Positions 37,883 to 48,900 of a stretch of 64,000 nt of DNA are shown piece after piece; the stretch's first letter is position 1; every line of letters starts with the position of its first letter. The stretch is from Candidatus Gastranaerophilales bacterium. Lineage in GTDB: Bacteria; Cyanobacteriota; Vampirovibrionia; Gastranaerophilales; Gastranaerophilaceae. Location: positions 2,223 through 66,222 of the forward strand of contig CALUQJ010000001.1 in the NCBI GenBank assembly GCA_944322865.1. Reading direction: 5' to 3'. The position numbers and the translations under genes are program-made. The notes beneath the pieces are model-generated. The model had not been told where the DNA came from. It searched no databases and saw nothing but the letters and a program-made list of their open reading frames with translations.

Positions 37883-38458
37883 ATGGCATTATCAGTAGAA
37901 GTAGTAAAACCACTTGACGGCGGCAGAGTTCAGGTCGATGCAAAAAACAAATTTTTTGGAAAAGATGTAGTCACTCACTATTCTGTACCAAAAGAAAAAG
38001 CAGACGAATTTATTGCTGATTATAAAAAAGAAGAAAACAAGCGCACAGCTAACGGAATAGCATCTTGCGCCATTACCGCAGGTGCAATGTTATTAGGCGG
38101 ACTTGCATCCAAAAAAGCTAATGTGTTGTTAAAAGGTTTATCAGTAATTCTTTTTGGTGCAGCTGGTGCAGTGGCATCTGTTATAGGTTTTGGTATGAAT
38201 AATGCAAAACGACTGAACAATTTATTTGAAAAACACGACGCAAATCCGATAGTATATCTGAAAGACGAAGCTCCGGATAAAGACAAAAAAGTTGACGAAA
38301 AATCAAATAAACCGGACATGAAACCAACAGAAAAAACAGAAGATAAATCAGCAGCAAAATCGGACGCTAAGCCGGCAGAAAAACCGGAAAATAAACAAGA
38401 AAAGATTGAAACACCTAAAAATGAGCCGCCGGCTAAAGAAGAAAAAGATGATGATTAA
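37883..38458 (+). CDS. Hypothetical small membrane protein (tandem paralog 2) with K/E/P-rich tail
   Basis: MALSVEVVKPLDGGRVQVD..HYSVPKEKADEFIA.. followed by a Gly/Ala-rich double TM. SD GGAGG. Confidence 0.55.
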   Translation: MALSVEVVKPLDGGRVQVDAKNKFFGKDVVTHYSVPKEKADEFIADYKKEENKRTANGIASCAITAGAMLLGGLASKKANVLLKGLSVILFGAAGAVASVIGFGMNNAKRLNNLFEKHDANPIVYLKDEAPDKDKKVDEKSNKPDMKPTEKTEDKSAAKSDAKPAEKPENKQEKIETPKNEPPAKEEKDDD

Positions 38459-38483
38459 AAAAAGCACCGCAAGGTGCTTTTTA
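38457..38483. terminator. Bidirectional Rho-independent terminator
   Basis: AAAAAGCACC-GCAA-GGTGCTTTTT between convergent genes. Confidence 0.72.
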
Positions 38484-38491
38484 ATTAGTCA

Positions 38492-40107
<1,616 letters not shown>

Positions 40108-40165
40108 GTTATTTTCCTCCATATGCAACTATGTTAGCACAAAACAGGCAAAAATACCAGTTTTT

Positions 40166-41491
40166 TTATTCTGCCTGCATAAAATCAAGTTTTAATCGGT
40201 TAAAGTATCTGGAGAGCATAAGCAGCATAAATAAGCATAGCGCAATCGCCGCGCACAAAAGTCCGTACCAGAAACCAAGAAGTTTCATCTTTTGTCCGAA
40301 TGCAAGCCAGTATCCTAAAGGTATTGATATAAGCCAGTATCCCAAAAAATTAGCAATTAAAACTATTTTAGTCTTTTTAATTCCTTTGTATATACCAGCA
40401 AGCGCTATTTGTAATCCGTCAAAAATTTGGAATATCGCAACAATGTAAAGTACAGGTACACTTATTGTGACAAGTATAGGATCTTTTGTAAACAGTCTTA
40501 CCAGAAACTCAGGGAAAGAACAGAATATCATGCCGCTGCAAATCATAAATCCAACAGATATCAAAATCCCAATTACTGAATATTTTTTAAGATCATTAAA
40601 TTCTTTTGCACCGTTTGCAAATCCTACTTTAACAGCAATCGCATTGGAAACGGCAAGAGGCACCATAAAAGATACCGTTGTAAGTGTACAAACAAGGTTT
40701 TGCGCTGCTGCATATACACCCGCAGCTCTGCCCATAAATATTGCTATACTGTTAAATGCAACAAATTCGACCAGCACTGCCATTGATATAGGAAAACCTA
40801 TTTTTAACAGGCTTCTGTAATAACTTTTATCATGATAATCCCTGAATGACATCATATTAAGACAATAAATTAATAACGCAAATCCCATAACATAGCGCAC
40901 AACAAAACTTGCAATAGCAAGTCCGACTACACCAAGTGAAGGTATAGGTCCCCACCCAAATACAAGAATTATGTTAAGTGCTATATTCAAAAATACGCAG
41001 AATACTGTCACGAGATTCGGGAACAATACTATCTCAAATGCCTGCAAAAATTCCTTCAAGCAGGCATGCAGATAAGCCCCGAATGTGCTTAGCGCAGTAA
41101 TTATCATGTATTCTTTTATATGCGGTACAAGTTTTGCTTCAAATCCCATATGATCTATAGCCGGTACAAACAAGAATACAGCTATCGCCGTTATCACTGC
41201 CAGTATCATTGAAAATCTTATTGTTGGATAAAAATATTTTTTTGCGGATTTATTTTCTCCCCTAAAGTTTGACAAAAGCGGGGACACACTCGCAATAAGC
41301 CCTATTCCGAATGTTAAAATACAATTGGTTATAGCTGTTGCAATACTTATTGCAGCAAGTGTATCAGTTGAATGTCTGCCGGCAATCAAGACATCACCGG
41401 CTCCGATTAAAATAAAACCCAAATTCCCCATTATAATTGGCAGGGCAATATTTAATAACTCTTTTATATAGTGTCTGGTATCTCCGTTCAT
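40166..41491 (-). CDS. MATE-family efflux transporter
   Basis: 12-TM protein, N-terminus LLNIALPIIMGNLGFILIGAGDVLIAGRHS, typical MATE duplication. The start (41491 ATG versus 41512 GTG) is uncertain. Confidence 0.83.
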   Translation of the reverse strand: MNGDTRHYIKELLNIALPIIMGNLGFILIGAGDVLIAGRHSTDTLAAISIATAITNCILTFGIGLIASVSPLLSNFRGENKSAKKYFYPTIRFSMILAVITAIAVFLFVPAIDHMGFEAKLVPHIKEYMIITALSTFGAYLHACLKEFLQAFEIVLFPNLVTVFCVFLNIALNIILVFGWGPIPSLGVVGLAIASFVVRYVMGFALLIYCLNMMSFRDYHDKSYYRSLLKIGFPISMAVLVEFVAFNSIAIFMGRAAGVYAAAQNLVCTLTTVSFMVPLAVSNAIAVKVGFANGAKEFNDLKKYSVIGILISVGFMICSGMIFCSFPEFLVRLFTKDPILVTISVPVLYIVAIFQIFDGLQIALAGIYKGIKKTKIVLIANFLGYWLISIPLGYWLAFGQKMKLLGFWYGLLCAAIALCLFMLLMLSRYFNRLKLDFMQAE

Positions 41492-41636
41492 AGTGATTTT
41501 ATAATAGCACAAACATTTTAAATATAATATTTCTCATTGTCGTATTTTTAAAATTCCACTATTCTATTGCTGTTTTGTAGCATAATTTTTGAAAAATTCC
41601 CGATTATAATATCCACAGTAAAGGAGGGAAAATGCC

Positions 41637-41930
41637 ATGTCTAAAAAACTTTTAAAAACTATTGATAAAATTATGGAATCAAGTGAATCAAATAAAATTA
41701 CGGTTTTTACAAGCCATTTAAAAATCGACGGCAATGTTTTTAAAGCAGAAGGTCGTTGCGATGAGTGTAATGACGAATATCTGACGTTGGAAAACGCATT
41801 AATCTGCCGTTTGGAAGATTATTGCGCGTGTGATGAAGATGCATGTGAATGCAATGATTATATTTGTTTCCGGTATGATTGGCTAAATGTCAGTATTGAT
41901 GATATAGTTGCTTTTAGTATTATTCAATAA
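41637..41930 (+). CDS. Hypothetical small acidic Cys-rich protein (97 aa)
   Basis: Strong SD AAAGGAGGG. Cys pattern CDEC..17..C..5..CAC..4..CEC..4..C. Confidence 0.5.
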   Translation: MSKKLLKTIDKIMESSESNKITVFTSHLKIDGNVFKAEGRCDECNDEYLTLENALICRLEDYCACDEDACECNDYICFRYDWLNVSIDDIVAFSIIQ

Positions 41931-41934
41931 ATTT

Positions 41935-41965
41935 TAAAAAGGTGAGTTTTTTGAACTCACCTTTT
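41935..41965. terminator. Bidirectional Rho-independent terminator
   Basis: AAAAAGGTGAGTT-TTTTG-AACTCACCTTTT. Confidence 0.72.
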
Positions 41966-41968
41966 ATG

Positions 41969-43234
41969 TTATATAATATGGGCTAAAGCCTGAACAACAT
42001 CGTTGTCCCACTTACTTCCCGCCTCGTTCTGCATAATTTCTAAAGCCTGCTGTTTAGACATCGCTTTTCTGTATGGTCTGTCAGAAGTCATTGCTGAAAA
42101 CGCATCTGCCGCCGCTATTATTCTTGAACCGAACGGAATTGATTGACCTTTCAAACCTTCCGGAGTACCGGAACCGTCAACACGTTCTGTTTGGTAAGTA
42201 ATATACGGAACTACTTCTGATAAGAAATTTATGTTCATAAGGAAATGAACACCGATATTTGAGTGATTTTTGATGCGTTTCAAATCTTCCGGTGAAAGTT
42301 TTCCGTTTGTTGCAAACATTTTTTCCGGCAAAGCTATTTTACCGATATTCAGCAGCAGCCCTGCATAGTAAATCAAGTCGGTTGTTTTTTCGTTCAATCC
42401 GAGTTCACGACAGATTTGACGTGCAAGATTTGCGGTATTCTTAGAATGTGACACTTTATATTGACCTTTGGCATCAACAGCATTGGCAAGTCTTTCCACA
42501 AATGCCTGCTGATAATCACACAAATCGCCGATTAAAGCGGTTAACTCTGCCCTTATATGCTGCAAATCACCCACAGTCGAATTTTCATCTTCTATAAGTT
42601 TATGTGTTATATCAATTTCACTTTGCAAAGTTATTGAAGTCGCAAATAAATTTGCAATACTTTCAACGAGTTCAATATACTCTTTTTGAATAGGTTTTTC
42701 TGAATACAGAGTAATAACACCTATTGTATTAAGGTGGCTGTACATAGGAACAGCAGTTACATTATTGGCTGATGTCAAATCTTTGGAATTGAAAGCCATT
42801 TCCGTAATTTGATACATTTCAGGCTGTTCTTTACCGCAAACACCTGCAAGTGAAAGTTTTTTATCTGTATTTTCCAATCCTTTTGCAATATCTTTGTTCA
42901 AATATATTTGACAGCAGGGAACTTCAAGCATCTGCGCTATAGATTGAGCAATTGAGGTGTAAATCGCATAATCTTCTTTTGTGTCAAAACTGAGAACACA
43001 AAGAGTATTTTGTAACGAATAAATAGATATAAGTTCTGAAAGCTGATTTTTCAAACCTGCTTTTTTATCTTTAACATTGGATCCGATTTTTTTAGCCAAA
43101 TCCTCAGAAATCAGGTGTTCAGATAAAAAATCACCGAGATTGAGCGCAAAAATCTCCTCAAGAGGATCCTGCCCCATGAGGTACTCAGACTGCCCGAACA
43201 GTGAAACACCATTTTGCGTATCTTTATTATCCAT
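41969..43234 (-). CDS. GAF-like domain plus degenerate HD-GYP domain protein
   Basis: The C-terminal domain aligns to the HD-GYP pattern but carries LLLNIGK in place of LLHDIGK, QTERVDGSGTPEG in place of HHExxDGSGYPxG, and AADAFSAMTSDRPYRKA. Confidence 0.72.
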   Translation of the reverse strand: MDNKDTQNGVSLFGQSEYLMGQDPLEEIFALNLGDFLSEHLISEDLAKKIGSNVKDKKAGLKNQLSELISIYSLQNTLCVLSFDTKEDYAIYTSIAQSIAQMLEVPCCQIYLNKDIAKGLENTDKKLSLAGVCGKEQPEMYQITEMAFNSKDLTSANNVTAVPMYSHLNTIGVITLYSEKPIQKEYIELVESIANLFATSITLQSEIDITHKLIEDENSTVGDLQHIRAELTALIGDLCDYQQAFVERLANAVDAKGQYKVSHSKNTANLARQICRELGLNEKTTDLIYYAGLLLNIGKIALPEKMFATNGKLSPEDLKRIKNHSNIGVHFLMNINFLSEVVPYITYQTERVDGSGTPEGLKGQSIPFGSRIIAAADAFSAMTSDRPYRKAMSKQQALEIMQNEAGSKWDNDVVQALAHII

Positions 43235-43349
43235 GAAATTTCATTCCTTATCTACTACATGTCTTTGTAATTATATACGGCATGACATGAAAAAAACTTT
43301 AATACTTTTTACAAAAGTTCATACTTTAGTTGTAGAAAATATTTATTTT

Positions 43350-43883
43350 CTAATAAGGAATAGCAGATTTTGCGCGAATATCACGGATTATACTATCAAC
43401 CTGTTCTGTAAGATTTTCATAACTGCCATTATTATCAATGAGATAATCCCACTCTTTAACATCATCAAGACCGGTTTCTGTAATATCATTTTCACCAACA
43501 AGCTCACCTCTCGCGGCTCTGGTTTCTCTTGAGGCATCAACACGTATTGTAATAGCTCCGGCATTTTTGAATGTTTCATACTCAAACTTTACACGCACAT
43601 CTGTTACAATTATATTTCCTGGCTGTTCTATAATTTTTTTCAGCCAGTAATCAGGTGACTGGGAGCGTCCCCAATTTCCCAGTGTAATCAAATCCTGACG
43701 GTATTGCGATTTATTTTGCTCTATTTCTTCGTAAGTAATTCCTTTTTGTTTTCCGTAAGTCAGTTTTATAATATCACCCATTGCACATCTGCTGTACTCC
43801 GGCATTTTTTCAAGCATAATTTTTGCTGCTGTGTCTTTGCCTGAATATTGCTTACCGGAAAATATAATAATTTTATCTGCCAT
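43350..43883 (-). CDS. P-loop kinase homologous to metazoan-type phosphomevalonate kinase / dNMP-kinase-like family
   Basis: IIFSGKQYSGKDTAA resembles the PMVK P-loop FSGKRKSGKD. Collinear similarity continues through ...IVTDVRVKFEYETFKNAGAITIRVDASRETRAARG...WDYLIDNNG. SD GAGGT. Confidence 0.55.
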   Translation of the reverse strand: MADKIIIFSGKQYSGKDTAAKIMLEKMPEYSRCAMGDIIKLTYGKQKGITYEEIEQNKSQYRQDLITLGNWGRSQSPDYWLKKIIEQPGNIIVTDVRVKFEYETFKNAGAITIRVDASRETRAARGELVGENDITETGLDDVKEWDYLIDNNGSYENLTEQVDSIIRDIRAKSAIPY

Positions 43884-43959
43884 AGTTACCTCACAATATG
43901 AATTGTAACACGAAAGGCTGATAAGAATAATATTTTTACAATTTTAAAACATTGATTAA

Positions 43960-44097
43960 CTATCTTTTTTCCGGATGCGCTGAATTTGAAAGTACAATCT
44001 CATAATACTCATTCTTATCAATATTCACGCCCATGGTTTTCGGGTCAGCATAAACTTTTTTCTTTTTCTTCAACAGTTTTTTATAATCGCCTGCCAT
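43960..44097 (-). CDS. Possible small ORF (45 aa), not in the ORF track
   Basis: MAGDYKKLLKKKKKVYADPKTMGVNIDKNEYYEIVLSNSAHPEKR. TATAAT-like box and weak SD upstream. No homology recognised. Confidence 0.25.
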   Translation of the reverse strand: MAGDYKKLLKKKKKVYADPKTMGVNIDKNEYYEIVLSNSAHPEKR

Positions 44098-44276
44098 ATC
44101 TCTACCGCCTTGATTTTATTATATTACAAAATCTTAAAAGCTACTTGAAATTTTAAATTATTTATACTAACATAAATCTACGAACGTGCGTCGGTGTGTT
44201 TTGTGTGGAAAAACGTTTTCACCGATTAAGGAATTTAGACTAAAGTACGAAATATAAAATATAAAGGAAAATTAAA

Positions 44277-44630
44277 ATGAACCCTATTATTAAAGAATTG
44301 GAAAAATCTTATCTGAAAGAAGAAATCGCTGACGTAAATCCTGGTGATACCGTTAAAGTTTTCGTCAGAATCGTTGAAGGTAATAAAGAAAGAACTCAGG
44401 CTTTTGAAGGTACTGTTATCAAAGAACACGGTGCTGGCTTGAATAAAACTATTACCGTAAGAAAAGTATTTCAAGGCGTTGGTGTAGAACGTGTATTCTT
44501 GCTCAACTCTCCAAGAATTGAAAAAATTAACGTTCTCAGACGCGGTGATGTAAGACGTTCTAAATTGTACTATTTAAGAGAACGTTCAGGTAAAGCAACT
44601 CGTATTAAGGAAAAAATTGAAAAAAGATAA
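44277..44630 (+). CDS. rplS: 50S ribosomal protein L19
   Basis: FNPGDTVKV-type motif ([26 protein letters not shown]), [15 protein letters not shown]. Confidence 0.94.
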   Translation: MNPIIKELEKSYLKEEIADVNPGDTVKVFVRIVEGNKERTQAFEGTVIKEHGAGLNKTITVRKVFQGVGVERVFLLNSPRIEKINVLRRGDVRRSKLYYLRERSGKATRIKEKIEKR

Positions 44631-45483
44631 ACTTCACATTCACTGGTATCCGGGACATATAGCTAAAGCTGAAAAACAATTGAAGCAGCAGCTTTCACTG
44701 GTTGATGCCGTGATTGAAGTAGTTGATGCGAGATTACCTTTATCAAGTACTTATGATAATATAACGGGGCTTTTAGGCGATAAGCCCCGTTTAATTTTGC
44801 TTAATAAAGCGGATTTAACCGATAAAAAAGAACTTCAAAAATGGATTAATATATTGGAAGAAAAAACAAGCTTTCCGGTAATCCCGACAGATGCCAAAAA
44901 TTCAAAAGATTTAAATACAATTGTAAAAAAAGCAGTAGAGCTATCAGAACCGCGTATTCAGGCGATAATGGCAAAAGGACTCTTACGCAGACCCGCAAGG
45001 GTTATGGTTGTGGGCATGCCGAATGTTGGTAAATCCAGTATCATCAATAAATTAACACGCTCTTCTAAAACCAAAATCGGAGCAAAAGCCGGCGTTACCC
45101 GCCAGCAGCAGTGGGTCAGAATTAACCCGCAGCTTGAACTTCTTGATACTCCGGGGATTATCCCGATGAAGCAGGAGGATCAAATAAGGGCAAAAAAATT
45201 GGCGTTTGTTAATGCCGTGTCCGAAAACGCTTATTCTAATATTCCTGTAGCTAATGAACTTCTTGCATTGCTGGAAAAAAGATATCCAGAACAGGTTAAA
45301 ACTTATTATAAAGTCGAAAATTTAACGATAGAAGATATTGCACTTGCGCGCAACTGGATTGCATCCGGCGGATATCCGGATCTTGAACGCACAGCAATTT
45401 ATATTTTACGCGACTTTAGAGAGGGGAAAATCGGCAAATTCATACTTGATGAATTTGTAGGCGATGAAAACAACGAAACTTAA
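44617..45483 (+). CDS. rbgA: Ribosome biogenesis GTPase A (YlqF/RbgA), circularly permuted GTPase
   Basis: [16 protein letters not shown] before GMPNVGKSS and DTPGI. TTG start overlapping the rplS end (start uncertain). Confidence 0.85.
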   Translation: MKKDKLHIHWYPGHIAKAEKQLKQQLSLVDAVIEVVDARLPLSSTYDNITGLLGDKPRLILLNKADLTDKKELQKWINILEEKTSFPVIPTDAKNSKDLNTIVKKAVELSEPRIQAIMAKGLLRRPARVMVVGMPNVGKSSIINKLTRSSKTKIGAKAGVTRQQQWVRINPQLELLDTPGIIPMKQEDQIRAKKLAFVNAVSENAYSNIPVANELLALLEKRYPEQVKTYYKVENLTIEDIALARNWIASGGYPDLERTAIYILRDFREGKIGKFILDEFVGDENNET

Positions 45484-46156
45484 ACAAATGAAAACAGATA
45501 ACACACATATAAAACAACTTTTTGAATTTGATTATAATCAGGGAAAACATATAACAGGTACTGACGAAGCGGGACGCGGACCTGCTGCCGGCGGGGTTTT
45601 TGCGGCTGCCGTGTGTTTTGATAAAGAACCTTGCGAAGAGCTTTTAGAAAAACTCTTGCCGCTCAATGACAGTAAACAGTTGACAAAGAAAAAACGGGAA
45701 GCTTTATATGATATAATTCTTGAAAATACAGTAAATTCAATTGTTTGTGTTGAAGTTGGAGAGATTGAGAAAATCAATATTTTAAACGCATCACTCAAAG
45801 CAATGCGTCTGGCATGCCTTGAGGTTGCGGAGAAATTGCCGCAGGACGCACGTATTTTGACACTGGTTGACGGAAATAAATTAATCAAAAATTACACATA
45901 TCCGCAAAGATGTGTGATTAAAGGCGACAGTAAATCCGCTGCAATTGCAGCAGCAAGTATTCTTGCCAAAGTCACACGCGACAGATATATGGAAAAATTG
46001 GATGCAGAATACCCACAATACGGCTGGGCAAAAAATGCCGGATATCTGACAAAAGAACATCTTGACGCAATTGATAAATACGGCTTAACTCCCTATCACA
46101 GACCTTCGTTTTTAAAAAAACACTTCGCAAAACAGGAACAGCTGAGTTTGTTTTAG
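45464..46156 (+). CDS. rnhB: Ribonuclease HII
   Basis: GTDEAGRGPAAGGVFAAAV, DSKQL, GDSKSAAIAAASILAKV. The start may instead be the ATG at 45488. Confidence 0.88.
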   Translation: MKTTKLKQMKTDNTHIKQLFEFDYNQGKHITGTDEAGRGPAAGGVFAAAVCFDKEPCEELLEKLLPLNDSKQLTKKKREALYDIILENTVNSIVCVEVGEIEKINILNASLKAMRLACLEVAEKLPQDARILTLVDGNKLIKNYTYPQRCVIKGDSKSAAIAAASILAKVTRDRYMEKLDAEYPQYGWAKNAGYLTKEHLDAIDKYGLTPYHRPSFLKKHFAKQEQLSLF

Positions 46157-46196
46157 GTAAATAAAATCATAATACAAGCTCAAATGAATTTGCGTG

Positions 46197-47858
46197 TTAA
46201 ATTTCAAACAATTTGTGAAGTCTGTTTCTTACATCATCTTCATCAAGATCATGTGTTATTTTGTTCAAATCAATTGCCATCTGGTAATAATTTGCCGCAT
46301 CATTAATAAAACCAAGAGTCTGGCTTGCGCGGCCGGCATTGAAATAAGCCAGCGTGTAACTCGGGTTTAATTCAATTGCTTCCTCAAAATATTCTAACGC
46401 CGCTTCGGCATCCCCTAGCCCGTCAAGATAGATTATTCCAAGATTGTTTTGCGCAAATTCATTGACAGGATTTAATTCAATTGCTTTATGATAAGAAACA
46501 AGCGCTTCTTCAACATAATCCTTTTCCCATAATGCAATACCCGCCTTTGAATAACCACGGTAATTGTCAGGATTAAGCGTAATTGCGTCACAATAAGCCC
46601 GAATAGCACTATCTAAGTCGTATTCTGCCATATGCACATCTCCGAGTGCAATATACAAATCGTAATTGTTCGGGTCTAAGATGATACCTGCCTGATATGT
46701 TGAAACAGCAGCTTCAATATTGCCTTTAACTTCTGCATAAAGCGAACCGAGAGCATGGCAGACAATTGATGTCCATTCCGCATCAGGATTAATCGCAATT
46801 GCTTTTTTATAATGCTCTATTGCATCATCGTACAGTTCTGCTTTACTGTAGGCATAAGCCAGCGAGTTGTTATAGAACGGGTTTTCAGGATCGCGTTCTA
46901 GTGCAAGTTTAAAGGCACTAACTGAATTAATCTTATCTTCTTTTCTCAAATAAAGATGTCCCAATTCATAATATATTTGAGCGCTATCAATATCAAACTC
47001 AAGAAGTTTTTCGTAGCAGTCAATAGCTTCATCTGTATTTTCAGGGAAGTATGTCTGCAAAACTGTTGCCAGTTTTATCAGAACTTCACGGTTTAAATTA
47101 TTTGCTTCAAGAACTTTTCTGTAGCAGTCCACAGTCAGTTCAAGATTATTATTTTTTAACGCCAGATCACCCATTTTATTATAGAAAATTTCGTTGTGAT
47201 TGGTATCAGTAACGGCTTTTTTATAAAGATTTTCAGCCGCCGGATAGAGTTTAAATGTTTCCATGAATTTTCCTACTGTATTATAAGTAAACACGGAAAA
47301 ATCATCTGACAAATTTTTATAAAACATTTTCATTGTCGGTCTGTCCCAGGCAAGCATGAGGCTTCCTGAGAGGAAATAATAAAGAAAATTTATATAGTCA
47401 CCGACAGACGCATTTTGAGAATTAATTTTTTGCAAAATAGTTTGCGAGAGCACTAAACGCGGACGCGCTGATTTAAGCCGGTTAGTTTTAATTGCTTCTT
47501 TAAATTCTTTTTCAGCGGCTTTGTAATCTTCAGCGAGCTTCATGAAAAAACCGGTATAAAGATGCGCGTTCATGTTTTTAGGCGCAAGACTGATAGCAGT
47601 TTTGCACTGTTCAATGGCGGTATCAACGCTGATTTGCCCCTGCTCCCACATAAGGCTTGCAAGGCGATAGTAGCTTTCAGGAAGTGACGGATCAAGCTTA
47701 ACCGCATCTATATAATTGGTAATAGCTTCTTCCAAATCATCGTGATGCTGGCGGATAAGATAGCGTTCATGCGCTAATCTTGCTTTTTCCAATGATTCTT
47801 TAGCTTTGCTTTCTCTTTTTTCGGCTGATACTGCCCGTGTTAAAATTTGTTCTGACAT
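46197..47858 (-). CDS. TPR-repeat protein (553 aa)
   Basis: More than 10 tandem TPR units (e.g. AIELNPSYTLAYFNAGRA, AITLNPDNYRGYSKAG). SD TGGAG. Confidence 0.8.
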   Translation of the reverse strand: MSEQILTRAVSAEKRESKAKESLEKARLAHERYLIRQHHDDLEEAITNYIDAVKLDPSLPESYYRLASLMWEQGQISVDTAIEQCKTAISLAPKNMNAHLYTGFFMKLAEDYKAAEKEFKEAIKTNRLKSARPRLVLSQTILQKINSQNASVGDYINFLYYFLSGSLMLAWDRPTMKMFYKNLSDDFSVFTYNTVGKFMETFKLYPAAENLYKKAVTDTNHNEIFYNKMGDLALKNNNLELTVDCYRKVLEANNLNREVLIKLATVLQTYFPENTDEAIDCYEKLLEFDIDSAQIYYELGHLYLRKEDKINSVSAFKLALERDPENPFYNNSLAYAYSKAELYDDAIEHYKKAIAINPDAEWTSIVCHALGSLYAEVKGNIEAAVSTYQAGIILDPNNYDLYIALGDVHMAEYDLDSAIRAYCDAITLNPDNYRGYSKAGIALWEKDYVEEALVSYHKAIELNPVNEFAQNNLGIIYLDGLGDAEAALEYFEEAIELNPSYTLAYFNAGRASQTLGFINDAANYYQMAIDLNKITHDLDEDDVRNRLHKLFEI

Positions 47859-48009
47859 TTGAGCGCTCCAAATAATATGTTTAATATTATTGTCGTGAAT
47901 GATTTTTCAAACTTTATTATTTACATCAAATCTCATACAAATGAAGTAGCCGGCAGGGTAAACAAATACACTCAGGCTGGTATAGATTTATTTTCTGATA
48001 AAAATTATT

Positions 48010-48042
48010 ATGTCAGGTTCTGACATAGATGCATGGTAAAAT
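48010..48042 (+). promoter_or_regulatory. Perfect palindrome (candidate operator) abutting an extended -10
   Basis: ATGTCAG-GTT-CTGACAT at 48010-48026. TGGTAAAAT at 48034-48042. About 30 nt upstream of the 48074 ATG. Confidence 0.4.
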
Positions 48043-48073
48043 GTTTATGGAAATATGAAAAGGAGTATTTACT

Positions 48074-48862
48074 ATGAATGAAACTATTACAAAAGAAAAA
48101 GCATTAGCGGTTATTAAACAATATATACAAAAAAATAATACTTTTAACTTATTTGAAATTATTCAAATGCGCGAAACAAGCCATACAAAATTATTAGCCT
48201 GGCTACTGGATGTCAATAATAAACCTGAAAATAGTTTACAATTTCAGTTTATGAAAAAATTTTTAGAAAAAATAAATATTGAAACTCAAAATCTCAATGA
48301 CTTTGTAAAATTATTATCTGAAGATGTGTTTGTAAAAGCTGAATACCATACAGATAGTGGAAATATTGATATATTCATATATTCAAAAAAAGCTAATTTT
48401 GTCTGTGTAATCGAAAATAAAATTGATGCTCAAATATCTGGACAAAGTAAAGACGAAAAATCACAAGTCGAAATATATTATGCTTTTGTCAAAAATTATA
48501 ATAAATATAAAAATTGCGAAAAAAAATTTGTATTTTTTACTAAGTATCTTAATAAGATAAAATCATGTGAACAAAATTTATTGGATAATTTCCTGTATAT
48601 ACCTATAGAACATAGTGATACAGCAGAAATGATCAGTTATGCTCTTAAAAATTCTTTTGTAGACAACATAGTGAAAGACGCTTTAGTTCAATACAGGGAC
48701 TTTTTACAATATAACTGGTATGACACAGTAGATGATATATATCTACCTTATGCCTGCTCGCTAGTAAGAGAAAGCTATTCTAACGATGAATTAAGTGATG
48801 ACGTTAAAAAAGTATTAAATAAATTTCAACCTACGCCACAAATTGACGCATTAACGTGTTAA
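48074..48862 (+). CDS. PD-(D/E)XK nuclease-family protein (PDDEXK_4-like)
   Basis: SHTKLLAWLLDVNN and GNIDIFIY...VCVIENKIDAQ...QVEIYY fit the D..(D/E)xK core of this family. SD AAGGAG. Locally very AT-rich. Confidence 0.58.
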   Translation: MNETITKEKALAVIKQYIQKNNTFNLFEIIQMRETSHTKLLAWLLDVNNKPENSLQFQFMKKFLEKINIETQNLNDFVKLLSEDVFVKAEYHTDSGNIDIFIYSKKANFVCVIENKIDAQISGQSKDEKSQVEIYYAFVKNYNKYKNCEKKFVFFTKYLNKIKSCEQNLLDNFLYIPIEHSDTAEMISYALKNSFVDNIVKDALVQYRDFLQYNWYDTVDDIYLPYACSLVRESYSNDELSDDVKKVLNKFQPTPQIDALTC

Positions 48863-48900
48863 AATTATTGCAAGAAGAAAATTAGGTATTAATTATAAAC

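Noticed and set aside
44161-44276. Possible L19-type ribosomal leader upstream of rplS (TCGGTG...CACCGA stem enclosing the palindrome GAAAACGTTTTC).
   Set aside because: The structure is plausible, but I cannot match it to a known leader consensus from memory, and the stems are short. It is left as unannotated 5' UTR.
47859-48073. Search for an integrase gene or a direct repeat of the tRNA-Pro 3' end bounding the 48-49.3 kb islet.
   Set aside because: No recombinase ORF and no copy of the tRNA 3' segment were found by eye, so I do not call a mobile element, only a compositional islet.
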